Position numbers and translations under genes: made by a program
Assembly: GCA_963816145.1 (NCBI GenBank)
Contig: CAWFJP010000030.1
Location: forward strand, 288,001 to 352,000
Length of the DNA stretch: 64,000 nucleotides
Direction: 5' to 3'
Origin: an uncultured delta proteobacterium
Lineage (GTDB): Bacteria > Desulfobacterota > Binatia > UBA9968
In this document: piece by piece, positions 12,247 to 21,839 of the stretch
How positions within the stretch are numbered: position 1 is the first letter of the stretch
Layout of the letters: every line of letters starts with the position of its first letter
Notes under the pieces: generated by a model
What the model saw: the letters and a program-made list of their open reading frames with translations, nothing else
Told to the model about the DNA's origin: nothing
Databases searched by the model: none

Positions 12247-12546
12247 ATGAAAGGACTACTCGGTTTACTCGTCGCCGCCGCGTTTGTCGCCAGCGCCTCG
12301 CTCGCACTGGCTAAAGATTATCAAGTCACCGGCCCGGTTGTCGACGTGACAAATGACCAGATCACCGTTAAGAAAGGCACTGAGAATTGGGAAATCGCCC
12401 GCGATAAAGATACCAAGTCGACCGGCGAAATCAAAAAAGGCGACCGCGTCATGATCAAGTACAAGATGATCGCCACCACTATCGAGTCGAAGAGCACGGC
12501 CAAACCCGCCGATAAGACCAAGGTCGACACTAAGAAGACCAAGTAA
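12247..12546 (+). CDS. small secreted protein, probable OB-fold
   Basis: AGGAGG RBS, signal peptide ending ALA, YQVTGPVVDV...IKKGDRVMIKY beta-strand pattern. Confidence 0.8.
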   Translation: MKGLLGLLVAAAFVASASLALAKDYQVTGPVVDVTNDQITVKKGTENWEIARDKDTKSTGEIKKGDRVMIKYKMIATTIESKSTAKPADKTKVDTKKTK

Positions 12547-12686
12547 GCTCATTCTTAGGAACTCCCTCCACCTAATACTCACTAACGGGCCGCGCTTTGC
12601 GGCCCGTTGTGTTTCTAGCCCTGACTTTTCTTTTCCCAGCTGTTTTGCTACGGTTTTGGAAATTCGCGGCAACGGGACGGCTAAAT

Positions 12687-13397
12687 ATGGCAACGCACCC
12701 AGAAGTCACTATTGTTCATAGCTCGGATTTACATCTCGGCACCGACGACAGTTTCAGCGACAAAGACCGTTTGGCGGTATTACCGCAAGTCCTGGGCGCG
12801 GCTAACGAGGTCAACGCCGATATTGTCGTGCTCGCCGGCGACTCTTTCGACAATCACCGGCAACCGGCCGATCTGCTCGAGCGAGCCGCCGGGATTTTGC
12901 GCGATTACGGCAAGCGCGTGGTGATCTTGCCGGGCAACCATGATCCGCTGACCCCCGACTCGGTCTATCGGCGCGGCGGCCTGGCGGAGGTTGCCAACGT
13001 CAACATACTCGGCTTGAACTGCGGCAAGTCCGTGATCTTCCCCGAGTTTGAGTTGGAGATTTGGGGCCACGCCCATGTCGACTACACCGACATGTCGCCG
13101 CTCGCCAACCCCCAGCCGCGCACGACCCGCTGGCAGCTGGCCGCCGCCCACGGCCACTACGTCGATGAAGAACGCGATCCCAACCGTATGATCGGCTCCT
13201 GGCTGATCCATCGCGAAGAGCTGCTTGCCATCAGCGCCGACTACGTCGCTCTCGGCCATTGGAATCAGTCCATCGCGGTCGGCAACGGCGACGTTAACGC
13301 CCACTACTCCGGCTCGCCGGAGTACACCGGCACCGTCAATGTCGTCAAGTTTACGAAAGACGGCCAAGTCGAGGTCGGCAAAGCCAAACTGCGCTAG
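12687..13397 (+). CDS. metallophosphoesterase (SbcD/Mre11-like nuclease domain only)
   Basis: HSSDLHLG, LAGDSFD, PGNHD, AHGH, YVALGHW, YSGSPE. Confidence 0.85.
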   Translation: MATHPEVTIVHSSDLHLGTDDSFSDKDRLAVLPQVLGAANEVNADIVVLAGDSFDNHRQPADLLERAAGILRDYGKRVVILPGNHDPLTPDSVYRRGGLAEVANVNILGLNCGKSVIFPEFELEIWGHAHVDYTDMSPLANPQPRTTRWQLAAAHGHYVDEERDPNRMIGSWLIHREELLAISADYVALGHWNQSIAVGNGDVNAHYSGSPEYTGTVNVVKFTKDGQVEVGKAKLR

Positions 13398-13471
13398 CGG
13401 CCTTGCCTTACTCCCTTCTGTATTCATAATTCATATCCGCCCCAACGCGGCAATTCATCACAGATTCCAAC

Positions 13472-14545
13472 ATGTGTAGGTTGCTATTCCTTGCCGGCGC
13501 ACTGCTATGGGCAAGCGTGTTATTCGCGCTAGAATCAATTGGCGCCGCCCAACCCGCAGCGAGTACTTTCAATAACGAACAAAGCGCAGCCAGTTTTTAC
13601 CGCGGAAAAGTCCTCCGTATCGTCGTCGGTTTTCCCCCCGGCGGCGGGGCTGACGTCTACTCACGGCTGATCGCGCGCCATCTGGGCCGGTACATCCCCG
13701 GCAACCCCACCCTCGCCGTCGCTAACATGCCTGGCGCCGGCAGCATCATCGCCGGCAATCATGTCTTCAATAACGGCGCGCGCGACGGCAGCGAGATCGG
13801 CATGCTCAATGGCGCGGTGATCTTGGAACAGCTCTTCGCCAACCCCGGGGTCCATTTCGACATGGCCAAGTTCCGCTACCTGGCGGTCCCGGTCAACGAA
13901 ACCTATGTGATGATCGTCACCCGCCAGTCGGGCATCGGAAAGTTCAGCGAGCTCGTTGGACCGGGTGCCAAGCATCTGACCCTGGGCGCCATCCCCAACT
14001 CGACTCTGGAACATGCACCGATCTTGATGCGCGAGGCCTTGGACGCCAATCTCAAGGTCGTCTCGGGCTACAAAGGCAGCGCCGATATCCGATTGGCCAT
14101 CGACTCGGGCGAGATCGGCGGCTTTTTCAATCCCTGGAGCACGGTCAAGCCGAGTTCCCACGATAAATTCAAAAGCGGCGACTGGTCGGTCATCGCCCAG
14201 CTCGCCGATCAACCGTTGCCCGACCTGCCGGCGCATGGCGTTCCGACCATTAACGAGCTCACCAGAGACGAAAGCCCGCGTCTGCTGCTGCGCTATGGCA
14301 CCAGCGCGCCCAATCAGTTCGGCAAAGTCTATATGCTACCGATGGGTGTCCCGGCCGACCGCGCTGCGGCATTGGAGAACGCCTTCGCCAGAACTTTAGC
14401 CGATAAGAATTTCTTAGCCGATGCGGAGAAAGGTAAGTTGGAAATCACGCCGATTTACGGCGAGTCGATTTATAAGATCGTTCGCGAATTTCTCGCCATG
14501 CCGCCAACAATCAAAGCGCGCCTGGAAAAAGCTCTCAAGAGATAA
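13472..14545 (+). CDS. Bug/TctC tripartite tricarboxylate transporter substrate-binding protein
   Basis: IVVGFPPGGGAD, NMPGAGS, GYKGSA, signal peptide. Confidence 0.9.
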   Translation: MCRLLFLAGALLWASVLFALESIGAAQPAASTFNNEQSAASFYRGKVLRIVVGFPPGGGADVYSRLIARHLGRYIPGNPTLAVANMPGAGSIIAGNHVFNNGARDGSEIGMLNGAVILEQLFANPGVHFDMAKFRYLAVPVNETYVMIVTRQSGIGKFSELVGPGAKHLTLGAIPNSTLEHAPILMREALDANLKVVSGYKGSADIRLAIDSGEIGGFFNPWSTVKPSSHDKFKSGDWSVIAQLADQPLPDLPAHGVPTINELTRDESPRLLLRYGTSAPNQFGKVYMLPMGVPADRAAALENAFARTLADKNFLADAEKGKLEITPIYGESIYKIVREFLAMPPTIKARLEKALKR

Positions 14546-14639
14546 ATACACGTGAGGGGGTGAAGCGTCAGCGGTAAGGCGTTCCGGAAAATCCCCATCC
14601 GAACACCTAACCCTTCACCCCTCACGCTTTGCGCCTGCA

Positions 14640-15626
14640 TTACGCCGGCAACAGCAGCCGCGCCTCATCCGCATCCACCACCGGATTCTTCGGCCGTTTG
14701 CTTTCGAGCACGCGGATCACTTCCTCGGCGGCGCCCCACTCGCCGCGCTCGGAAGCTTCCAGCGTCACCGCGCCCAAATGCGGCGTCCAGAGCACATTGT
14801 CGAGCTTGAACAACGGATGATCCTTGGCCGGCGGCTCGCTGGCGATCACATCCAACGCGGCGCCGGCGAGCTTGTGCTTTTGCAGCATCTCACACAGCGC
14901 TGCTTCGTCGACGATACCGCCGCGCGCCGCATTGATCAGAAAAGCTGCAGGCTTCATCAGCCCCAGTTCCTTGGCGCCGATCATGCCGCGGGTTTCACGG
15001 TTGAGTGGGCAATGGATCGTGACGAAATCGGAATCCGCCAGCAGCTCGCTGAGACCGACCCACTTGCCGCCGAGCGCGGTCACGTGGGACTCGGGGATGT
15101 AGGGATCGCAGACGAGAAAATCCATCTCGAAAGCCCGCGCCCGGATCGCCAGGCGCGCGCCGATATTACCCATGCCGACGATGCCGATGGTTTTGCCGGC
15201 CAGCTCGGTGCCGATGAATTTCAGATAATCGCTCCAGCGATTGTCTTTGACCGCGCGGTCGGCCGCATGGGTGTGGCGTACCAGCGCGATCATCTGACCG
15301 AACACCAACTCGGCGACCGAGACGGCGTTGCTGCCGGGCTGGTTGGTCACCCAGACTTTCAGTTCCTTGGCCGCTTCCAGGTCCACGCGCGACGGATCGA
15401 CGCCGACGCCGGTCCGGGCGATAATCTTCAAGCGCCCGCCGGCTTTTTCCATATGCTCGCGCTTGATTTGACCCTTGCGGCTGATGACCGCATCGACGCG
15501 CGCCGCCTCGATGTCCCAACGTTGCGGCTCGACCCAAGGATTGACGACCACCAGATCGACCCGCTCGCGCAACCATTTCAAAACTTCCGGTTGAAACTCC
15601 TCGACCAACACGCGCCCTAATGACAT
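14640..15626 (-). CDS. D-isomer-specific 2-hydroxyacid dehydrogenase (SerA-like)
   Basis: GIVGMGNIG, HCPLNRET, INAARGGIVDE, AALDV...EP, TPHLG. Confidence 0.92.
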   Translation of the reverse strand: MSLGRVLVEEFQPEVLKWLRERVDLVVVNPWVEPQRWDIEAARVDAVISRKGQIKREHMEKAGGRLKIIARTGVGVDPSRVDLEAAKELKVWVTNQPGSNAVSVAELVFGQMIALVRHTHAADRAVKDNRWSDYLKFIGTELAGKTIGIVGMGNIGARLAIRARAFEMDFLVCDPYIPESHVTALGGKWVGLSELLADSDFVTIHCPLNRETRGMIGAKELGLMKPAAFLINAARGGIVDEAALCEMLQKHKLAGAALDVIASEPPAKDHPLFKLDNVLWTPHLGAVTLEASERGEWGAAEEVIRVLESKRPKNPVVDADEARLLLPA

Positions 15627-15778
15627 AAGTGCAGCCTCCGCGGTAATCGTGATGTTGCGCTGTATTCTAAACAGACCCGTGGCGGAATACTACGACCCAC
15701 TGCTGGAAGAACCGAGTTGCTTCATAGCCGGTTCCCGATATACTGGCGCCAATTTAACGTCGAACTCCGGAGCCGATC

Positions 15779-16747
15779 ATGACCCGCAGGTTTCTCCATA
15801 GCTTGAACGGAATTTTGACCGTCGCGCTGACCGTCCTGGCCACGACAAATTTCGCCGCGGCGGAAAAAATCCGCCTGGCATTGCCGTCGCGTTCCATGGG
15901 TTATCTGCCCATGTTCATCGCGCTGCAGCGCGGCTTTCTCAAAGACGAAAATCTAGACCTCGAACTCCCGGCCATGCTGCCCAACATCGCGCACAACGCG
16001 CTGTTGAGCGGCGAGGTGGAGTATCACGGCGTTGCCGACTCGGCGCTGCGCCTGGCCGCCAAAGGGGCGCCGCTGAAGTCGATCTTTTTCAGCGCCCGGT
16101 TGCCGAATTACTTTTTAATGGCCAAGCCAACGATCAAATCGGTCAGCGAACTGCGCGGCAAATTAGTCGCCGTCAGCCGTTTCGGCGGCACCACCGATTT
16201 GGCCGCCCGGGTCGCGCTCCAAGCCAACGGCCTCGACCCGCATAAAGATGTCGTCTTGATCATGATCGGCCTGGGCAACACGCGCAATGCCGCACTCATG
16301 GCCGGCTCGGTGGACGCCAACATCGCCAACCCGCCGGACAATTCCATGCTCAAACAAAAAGGCTTTCGCGAATTGTTGTTTCTCGGCGATGCCATGGAGT
16401 TCCCCAGCAACGGCTTTACCACCACTGAGCGCCGGCTGGCTGAGAACCGCGATCAGGTGAAGCGCCTGCTGCGCGCGTTTTACCGCGGCCTGCTGTTTTC
16501 CCGCGACAATCCCGAAGAATCGATCAAGATCGTCGAGCGCGAGTGGAAGCTCGACCCGGCGATGGCGCGCGACTCCTATCAATCGATCATGAAGGCCGCC
16601 AGCCGCGACGGCGCTTCTTCTGACGCCGGTCTGAAAGTCCATATCAAATTGATCCAGAATTCCGACAAAAGCATCGGTGACATTCCCTTGAACAAGATCG
16701 TCGACTTCCGCGTCCTCGAAGAAGTCCGGCGCGAGATTTCCCGCTAA
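15779..16747 (+). CDS. NMT1/SsuA-type ABC substrate-binding protein
   Basis: Signal peptide; GFLKDENLD, ALLSGEVE, ELRGKLVAVSRFGG. Confidence 0.85.
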   Translation: MTRRFLHSLNGILTVALTVLATTNFAAAEKIRLALPSRSMGYLPMFIALQRGFLKDENLDLELPAMLPNIAHNALLSGEVEYHGVADSALRLAAKGAPLKSIFFSARLPNYFLMAKPTIKSVSELRGKLVAVSRFGGTTDLAARVALQANGLDPHKDVVLIMIGLGNTRNAALMAGSVDANIANPPDNSMLKQKGFRELLFLGDAMEFPSNGFTTTERRLAENRDQVKRLLRAFYRGLLFSRDNPEESIKIVEREWKLDPAMARDSYQSIMKAASRDGASSDAGLKVHIKLIQNSDKSIGDIPLNKIVDFRVLEEVRREISR

Positions 16748-16757
16748 GAGTAAATCA

Positions 16758-17726
16758 ATGAAACTACCTATCGTTCTCGCACTTGTGTTTCTCGCTGCCA
16801 CCGATGGTCGGGCCGAGCGTGTGCGCACCATCATCCCGCGAGCGACGCTGAATTACTTGAGCGTGCCCGTAGCTGAGCTTAAGGGTTACTTTCGCGATGA
16901 GAATCTGGAAAACGAAACCATCGTCATCCCGGGCAGCACCGCCATCGCCGCGCTGGTGAGCGGCGAGGCCGACTACAGCGGCGCTGGCGGTACCGGCATG
17001 CGGGCGGCGCTGCGCGGCGCGCCGATCAAATGCGTGATGTTTCAGACCGAGAAAGTGACCTGGTACTTGATCGCCGCACCGGAGATCGCCAAGGCCGCCG
17101 ACCTTAAGGGCAAGCGCGTGGCGGTGGGCACCGTCGGCGACACCCAGGATTCGTTGATCACGCTTTTCGCTGAACGGAACGGCGTCGCGCCGCGCGATCT
17201 GACCCGTGTCGCCATGCCATCGCGCTCGACAATGACGACCATCCTCGGACTGAAATCGGGCGCCATCCAGGCCGCCACAGTCAACGGGGACGAGGCGATC
17301 ATCGCCGAGAAGGAAGGGCTGCGCACCATCACCTTCTTGGGCGACCTCTTTCCCTATCCGTTTCAAGGTTTCATGGCGAGCGATAAAAAAATTGCCGAGC
17401 GGCCGGGCGATATCAAACGTTGGCTGCGCGCCATGATGCGCGCCCTCATGTTCATCCGCGAGCGGCCCGAAGAAGCCGCCGACATCGCCATTAAAAAAAT
17501 TCCCATGGGTAGCCCGAGCCGGCCCGTCGTTATCGAAGGCATCCGCCGCTTTGTTCGGGCGCTGCCCGACGGCATTCCTGGAGTGCCTTCGGCCCAAGGG
17601 CTGAAAAACGTCATCGAGTTCGACGTCAAGGCGCCGTTAAAAATCAAAGACGAGGTCGCCCCGGAAAAATTTCTCGCGCTCAAGCTCGCCGCCGAAGTCA
17701 AAGAAGAGTTGGAACGTAAACGCTAA
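16758..17726 (+). CDS. NMT1/SsuA-type ABC substrate-binding protein
   Basis: Signal peptide; GYFRDENLE, AALVSGEAD, DLKGKRVAV. Close paralogue of 39520..40509. Confidence 0.85.
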   Translation: MKLPIVLALVFLAATDGRAERVRTIIPRATLNYLSVPVAELKGYFRDENLENETIVIPGSTAIAALVSGEADYSGAGGTGMRAALRGAPIKCVMFQTEKVTWYLIAAPEIAKAADLKGKRVAVGTVGDTQDSLITLFAERNGVAPRDLTRVAMPSRSTMTTILGLKSGAIQAATVNGDEAIIAEKEGLRTITFLGDLFPYPFQGFMASDKKIAERPGDIKRWLRAMMRALMFIRERPEEAADIAIKKIPMGSPSRPVVIEGIRRFVRALPDGIPGVPSAQGLKNVIEFDVKAPLKIKDEVAPEKFLALKLAAEVKEELERKR

Positions 17727-17738
17727 AAAGGATTTGTC

Positions 17739-18740
17739 ATGATTCGGCTTGCCCATCGTGCAATCGCGCTTGCTCTGCTCGGGCTATTGGTTCAAGCAAG
17801 CGCCGTCCACAGCCAAGAAAAGAAAAACCTGCGGGTCGTATTCGTCAGCCTGTCATGGAACGCCCAATTGCCGTTCCGCATCGCCAGCGCCAAAGGGTTT
17901 TTCAAGGAGCAGGGACTGACGGTGGAGCAGATCTTCGTGCGCGGCGGACCGATCGCGATCGCCTCGCTGGTCTCCGGCAATGTCGATTTCGCCAGCATCG
18001 GCGGCGCCCAAGCGGCGATTCGCAGCAAGGCGAAGGGGCTCGATCTCAACATCATCTCATCGCTGTCGAACTACACCAACTACACGCTGATCGGCAGCAA
18101 AGAAAACAAGCGGCTCGACGACCTGCGCGGCAAAACCGTCGGCATCACCGGCGCCGGCACATTCTCCGACTTTACCATTCGGCTTTACCTCAAGCGCAAC
18201 AATATCGACCCTGACAAGGACGTCGCCTTGCGCGCCATCGGCCAAACCGTCGTGCGCGCCGGCGCGCTGGAAAAAGGCCTGATCGCCGCGGCGCCGTTTT
18301 CCGCCGAAGATGCGGTAAAACTGCTCGACAAAGGTTTCCCGATGATCGTCAACCTGAACGAGGCCCTGCGCGTGCCGCAAAGCGTCTACGTCACCCGCGG
18401 CGATATGCTGGAGAAAGCTCCCGACACGACGAAAAGATTTTTGAAAGCGGTGATTCTCGGCATGCAGCTGGCCAAGTACAACAAGCAGGAAGCGATCAAG
18501 ATCGGCTTTGCCGCCGGACTGCAAGGCGATCCCGATATCGTCAACCGTTCCTACGATCTTTTCAGCCCCGGCTACGCCGCCGATCTCTCGGTCGCCTGGG
18601 ACGGCATACAGATTATGCTCGACGACGATATCCACACCGGACTGGTGGACAAAAAATTTACCCTCGATCGCGTCATTAATGACCGGATTTTGAAGCAAGC
18701 GCAGCAGGAGTTACGAAACGAAGGACGGCTGAGACAATGA
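17739..18740 (+). CDS. NMT1/SsuA-type ABC substrate-binding protein
   Basis: Signal peptide; GFFKEQGL, SLVSGNVDF, DLRGKTVGI. Confidence 0.85.
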   Translation: MIRLAHRAIALALLGLLVQASAVHSQEKKNLRVVFVSLSWNAQLPFRIASAKGFFKEQGLTVEQIFVRGGPIAIASLVSGNVDFASIGGAQAAIRSKAKGLDLNIISSLSNYTNYTLIGSKENKRLDDLRGKTVGITGAGTFSDFTIRLYLKRNNIDPDKDVALRAIGQTVVRAGALEKGLIAAAPFSAEDAVKLLDKGFPMIVNLNEALRVPQSVYVTRGDMLEKAPDTTKRFLKAVILGMQLAKYNKQEAIKIGFAAGLQGDPDIVNRSYDLFSPGYAADLSVAWDGIQIMLDDDIHTGLVDKKFTLDRVINDRILKQAQQELRNEGRLRQ

Positions 18741-18745
18741 CCCCT

Positions 18746-18770
18746 GGGCGAGCTTCAAACTCGCCCCTAC
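18746..18770 (-). repeat. GTAG-type REP palindrome
   Basis: Minus strand reads GTAG-GGGCGAGTTTGAAGCTCGCCC. Related copy at 57599..57624. Confidence 0.65.
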
Positions 18771-18840
18771 GTCAAGAATTATTTTGCGTTAGTATGCGTT
18801 CTTTGCGGCGAAACCTCCGATCTTGAAAGGAGATTCTGTC

Positions 18841-19650
18841 ATGAACCAAGAACTGACCGCCAGCATCCCCTATACCGTGGACACGGGTGAAAAACTCGTG
18901 AACGAAACCTTCGGCCCGAATAACATACGGCGACGCAAGACGGGCAGCCACGAACTCATGACCATGGCCGTGCGCAATGGCCGGTTGCTTGGCGGCGAGA
19001 TTTCACTGGAGCAAAACGGCTTCGTCTTGGTTGACCACAAAACCAAGGTCGCCGACTTCTTCGATACCCGGCAACTTGAGTCGGTGTACTACCGGGAAGT
19101 CGAGCAATTGATCAAACGAGAGTCAGGCGCATCCCGGGTGGTGATTTTCGATCATACGCTACGCTCCGGCGACGAAGCCGAGCGCGAAAAGAAGCTGATC
19201 CGCGAACCGGTCATGTCGGCGCACAACGATTATACCGAATGGTCGGGACCGAACCGAGTGCGCGAGTTTCTGCCGGACGAAGCGGAAGACTTGCTGACCC
19301 GCCGCTTCGCGATCGTTCAAGTCTGGCGCGCGATCAATCAACCGATCCAAACCAATCCCCTCGCGCTGGCCGACGCCAAGAGTGTGGCGATGGAAGATCT
19401 GGTCGTCGCCGAGCGCCGCTACCCACACCGGGTCGGCCAAACCTATCGATTGAAATACAACCCCAATCATCGCTGGTATTATTTTCCCGAGATGCGCCGC
19501 GACGAAGCGCTGGTGTTTAAAGTCTACGATTCCGAAATGGACGGCCGCGCGCGCTTCACGCCGCACACATCCTTCGACGATCCCAACACTCCGGCCGGGG
19601 CTCCGGCACGGCAAAGCATCGAAGTGCGCGCTTTCGCCTTTTATAATTGA
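18841..19650 (+). CDS. CmcJ/NvfI family oxidoreductase
   Basis: FDHTLR, AHNDYT (HxD), QVWRAI, PLALAD, HRWYYFPEM, FKVYDS, TPHTSF, RQSIEVR. Confidence 0.88.
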   Translation: MNQELTASIPYTVDTGEKLVNETFGPNNIRRRKTGSHELMTMAVRNGRLLGGEISLEQNGFVLVDHKTKVADFFDTRQLESVYYREVEQLIKRESGASRVVIFDHTLRSGDEAEREKKLIREPVMSAHNDYTEWSGPNRVREFLPDEAEDLLTRRFAIVQVWRAINQPIQTNPLALADAKSVAMEDLVVAERRYPHRVGQTYRLKYNPNHRWYYFPEMRRDEALVFKVYDSEMDGRARFTPHTSFDDPNTPAGAPARQSIEVRAFAFYN

Positions 19651-19714
19651 ACATTCCACAGCGAGAATTCACGAGAATGCGATTCAAGTCGACTCAAAGT
19701 TGACTTGCAAATTT

Positions 19715-19794
19715 CTGTCATTCCGGCGTCGGCCGGAATCCAGGTTTGTTCCGCTGAACTCTAAGCTGGATACCGGCTTTCGCCGGTATGACGG
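19715..19794. repeat. GTCA-type REP doublet
   Basis: CTGTCATTCCGGCGTCGGCCGGAATCCAG...CTGGATACCGGCTTTCGCCGGTATGACGG. Confidence 0.8.
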
Positions 19795-19901
19795 AACAGC
19801 TCTTCATCAGAGGCGATGCTCAATTCGGGTGACGGTGCGGCCTGATTTCAATCTAAACCGAAATGGCGTGCGGAGTTTGGAAAAAATTTCTCGCCGAACC
19901 A

Positions 19902-19929
19902 TTCACAAGTTTTTCTGCTTTGCTATAAT
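19902..19929 (+). promoter_or_regulatory. sigma70-type promoter with extended -10
   Basis: TTCACA-16 bp-TATAAT, with TG one base upstream of the -10 hexamer. Confidence 0.55.
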
Positions 19930-20058
19930 CATCTGCGAACATCAACCTTCCGAACTGTGAGCGTTTGATCCTGTTTTGCATTCAACTATCGCGTCACGAG
20001 CTTACGGCGACGCTTGGCGCAGCCCGATAATCGCCAAGTTCCGGCGCGCAATCCATTG

Positions 20059-20110
20059 ATGGAGAAACCGAATCAAAATGTCTAAACCTATGCCGAAACC
20101 CGAGGTGGCT
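20059..20110 (+). repeat. diverged duplicate of the top6B translation-start region
   Basis: ATGGAGAAACCGAATCAAAATGTCTAAACCTATGCCGAAACCCGAG versus ATGGAGAGCCGTGAATTGAGATGTCTAAAGCTATGCTAAAAACCGAA at 24448. 22/27 nt identical counting from the ATG. Confidence 0.7.
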
Positions 20111-20180
20111 CGTAACAGGTTATTGCGTTGCCGCCTGTAGGGCGAGAATCTATGATTGCAAGGCTCCCTGCTAAAGTTCC

Positions 20181-21833
20181 ATGAGAATAGCCCAGTCGGT
20201 TCAACTAACCAAAGACGAAATACGGATACTGACGAAATGGGCACGAGGTCGTCGGACCCCAACTCGGCAGATGCAACGAGCGAAGATCGTTCTATTGGCC
20301 GCCGAGGGACATCAGAATAATACGATCGCGAACATGCTGGGCATTAACCGAGTGCGGGTGGCGCGCTGGCGCCAGCGGTTCGCAAATCATCGGTTAGCAG
20401 GAATTGAAAAAGATGCTCCACGATCAGGCACCAAGCGTCGCTTTGACCAGAATTTGGGGCAGCATGATTCGGCGACTCTGGAGCAGCATCTCCACACAAA
20501 ACGATTGTATCGCGATTTATCCAGCAAAGCCGATGTTTCCGACAGCTCCCCCCACACCATCCATGTAATTGACCCCTTACCACCTTCGATAGCACTGTCA
20601 TCCCAGCAACGGGAGGCCCTTGATGCGATCGTTGAAGAGCAACCGAGTCTTCCAGCCTCAGAGTGGCCTGCACGCGCAATTTTAATGTGGAGCAACGGAG
20701 TCACACAATCAACTACGGCTCGGGATCTCGGTATTAGCGAGGAGACCATCAAACTTCTACGTCATCGCTGGTTGTCATCAATGGACCGTATTGATGCAGC
20801 AGAGAAGAGGTTGACCAAGGAATTGACCAAGTTCTTGTCACTCATTTGTCAGACTCTAAGCGAGGAAACACCTGCCGAAACGCCACTGGATGCTCCTGCG
20901 GATATCGCCAAAACAAGAACCGCCAACCGAGAGAAGCCAACTACGAGTATTGAATTGCGACCGGCGACTAACGCACTAATCGAGATCCTTCATCACAAGC
21001 CAAACGTCTACGGAATTAACAGAAGCAATTGGAACCAACGAAGCCTCGCGCAAGCATTTGAAATACTATATGGCCAGAGGCCATCAAAAAGTACGGTATC
21101 CCGGCTATTGAAGCAAGCTGGTCTCAGCTGGAAGAAGTCGAGAAAAGTTTTGACAAGTCCAGATCCCAATTACCGCGAAAAGGTCGAGTTGTTATTAACA
21201 ACACTCCAATCTCTGAAAGCTGACGAGGATTTGTTCTTTATAGATGAACTAGGACCACTTCAGGTCAAAAGGTACGGAGGTAGATGCTACACTCCGAGGG
21301 GAAGCACGCCCACCCATCCGCAGAATCAGCGTACGAAAGGGTCTATCACCTTATACGGGGCGTTGAGTGCTACCACCAACCAAGTAACTTGGTTCTATAG
21401 GAATACGAAAGACTCAGCGGGAATGATCGACTTAGTCGAGATAGTTTACAATCAGCATCACGACAAAGCGAGAATCTATCTGACCTGGGATGCTGCCTCT
21501 TGGCACGGATCGAATGAGTTGGTGGAGTGGGCTGACAACTTCAATTCTTGGAACAACGCAAACAGCACCGGCCCAACTATCGAGTTCGTTCCGCTCCCGG
21601 CGAGCGCACAGTTCCTGGATGTCATTGAGGCAGTTTTCAGTGCTATGAAAAAGGCAGTGGTCCACAATTCGGACTATCAGTCGGAGGAAGAAATGAAGAC
21701 TGCCATATCCGTGCACTTTTGTGAACGAAACGAGTTCTTTAAACACAACCCCAAACGCGCCGGCAAGAAAATATGGCAAATAGACTTCTTCGAAGACCAA
21801 AACTACATACGGTCTGGGAACTATAAGGAATGA
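20181..21833 (+). mobile_element. IS630 family transposase (550 aa, duplicated N-terminal HTH module)
   Basis: RAKIVLLAAEG...RWRQRF...DAPRSG HTH, second similar module, SPDPNYREK linker, DDE triad FIDE / TWDAASWH / FLDVIE. No terminal inverted repeats found by eye. Confidence 0.9.
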
Positions 21834-21839
21834 AAAGGC

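Noticed and set aside
9983-18698. Long antisense or alternate-frame ORFs (e.g. 9983..10768, 14778..15620, 16764..17597)
   Set aside because: They are shadows of well-supported genes in GC-rich DNA and carry no recognisable motifs.
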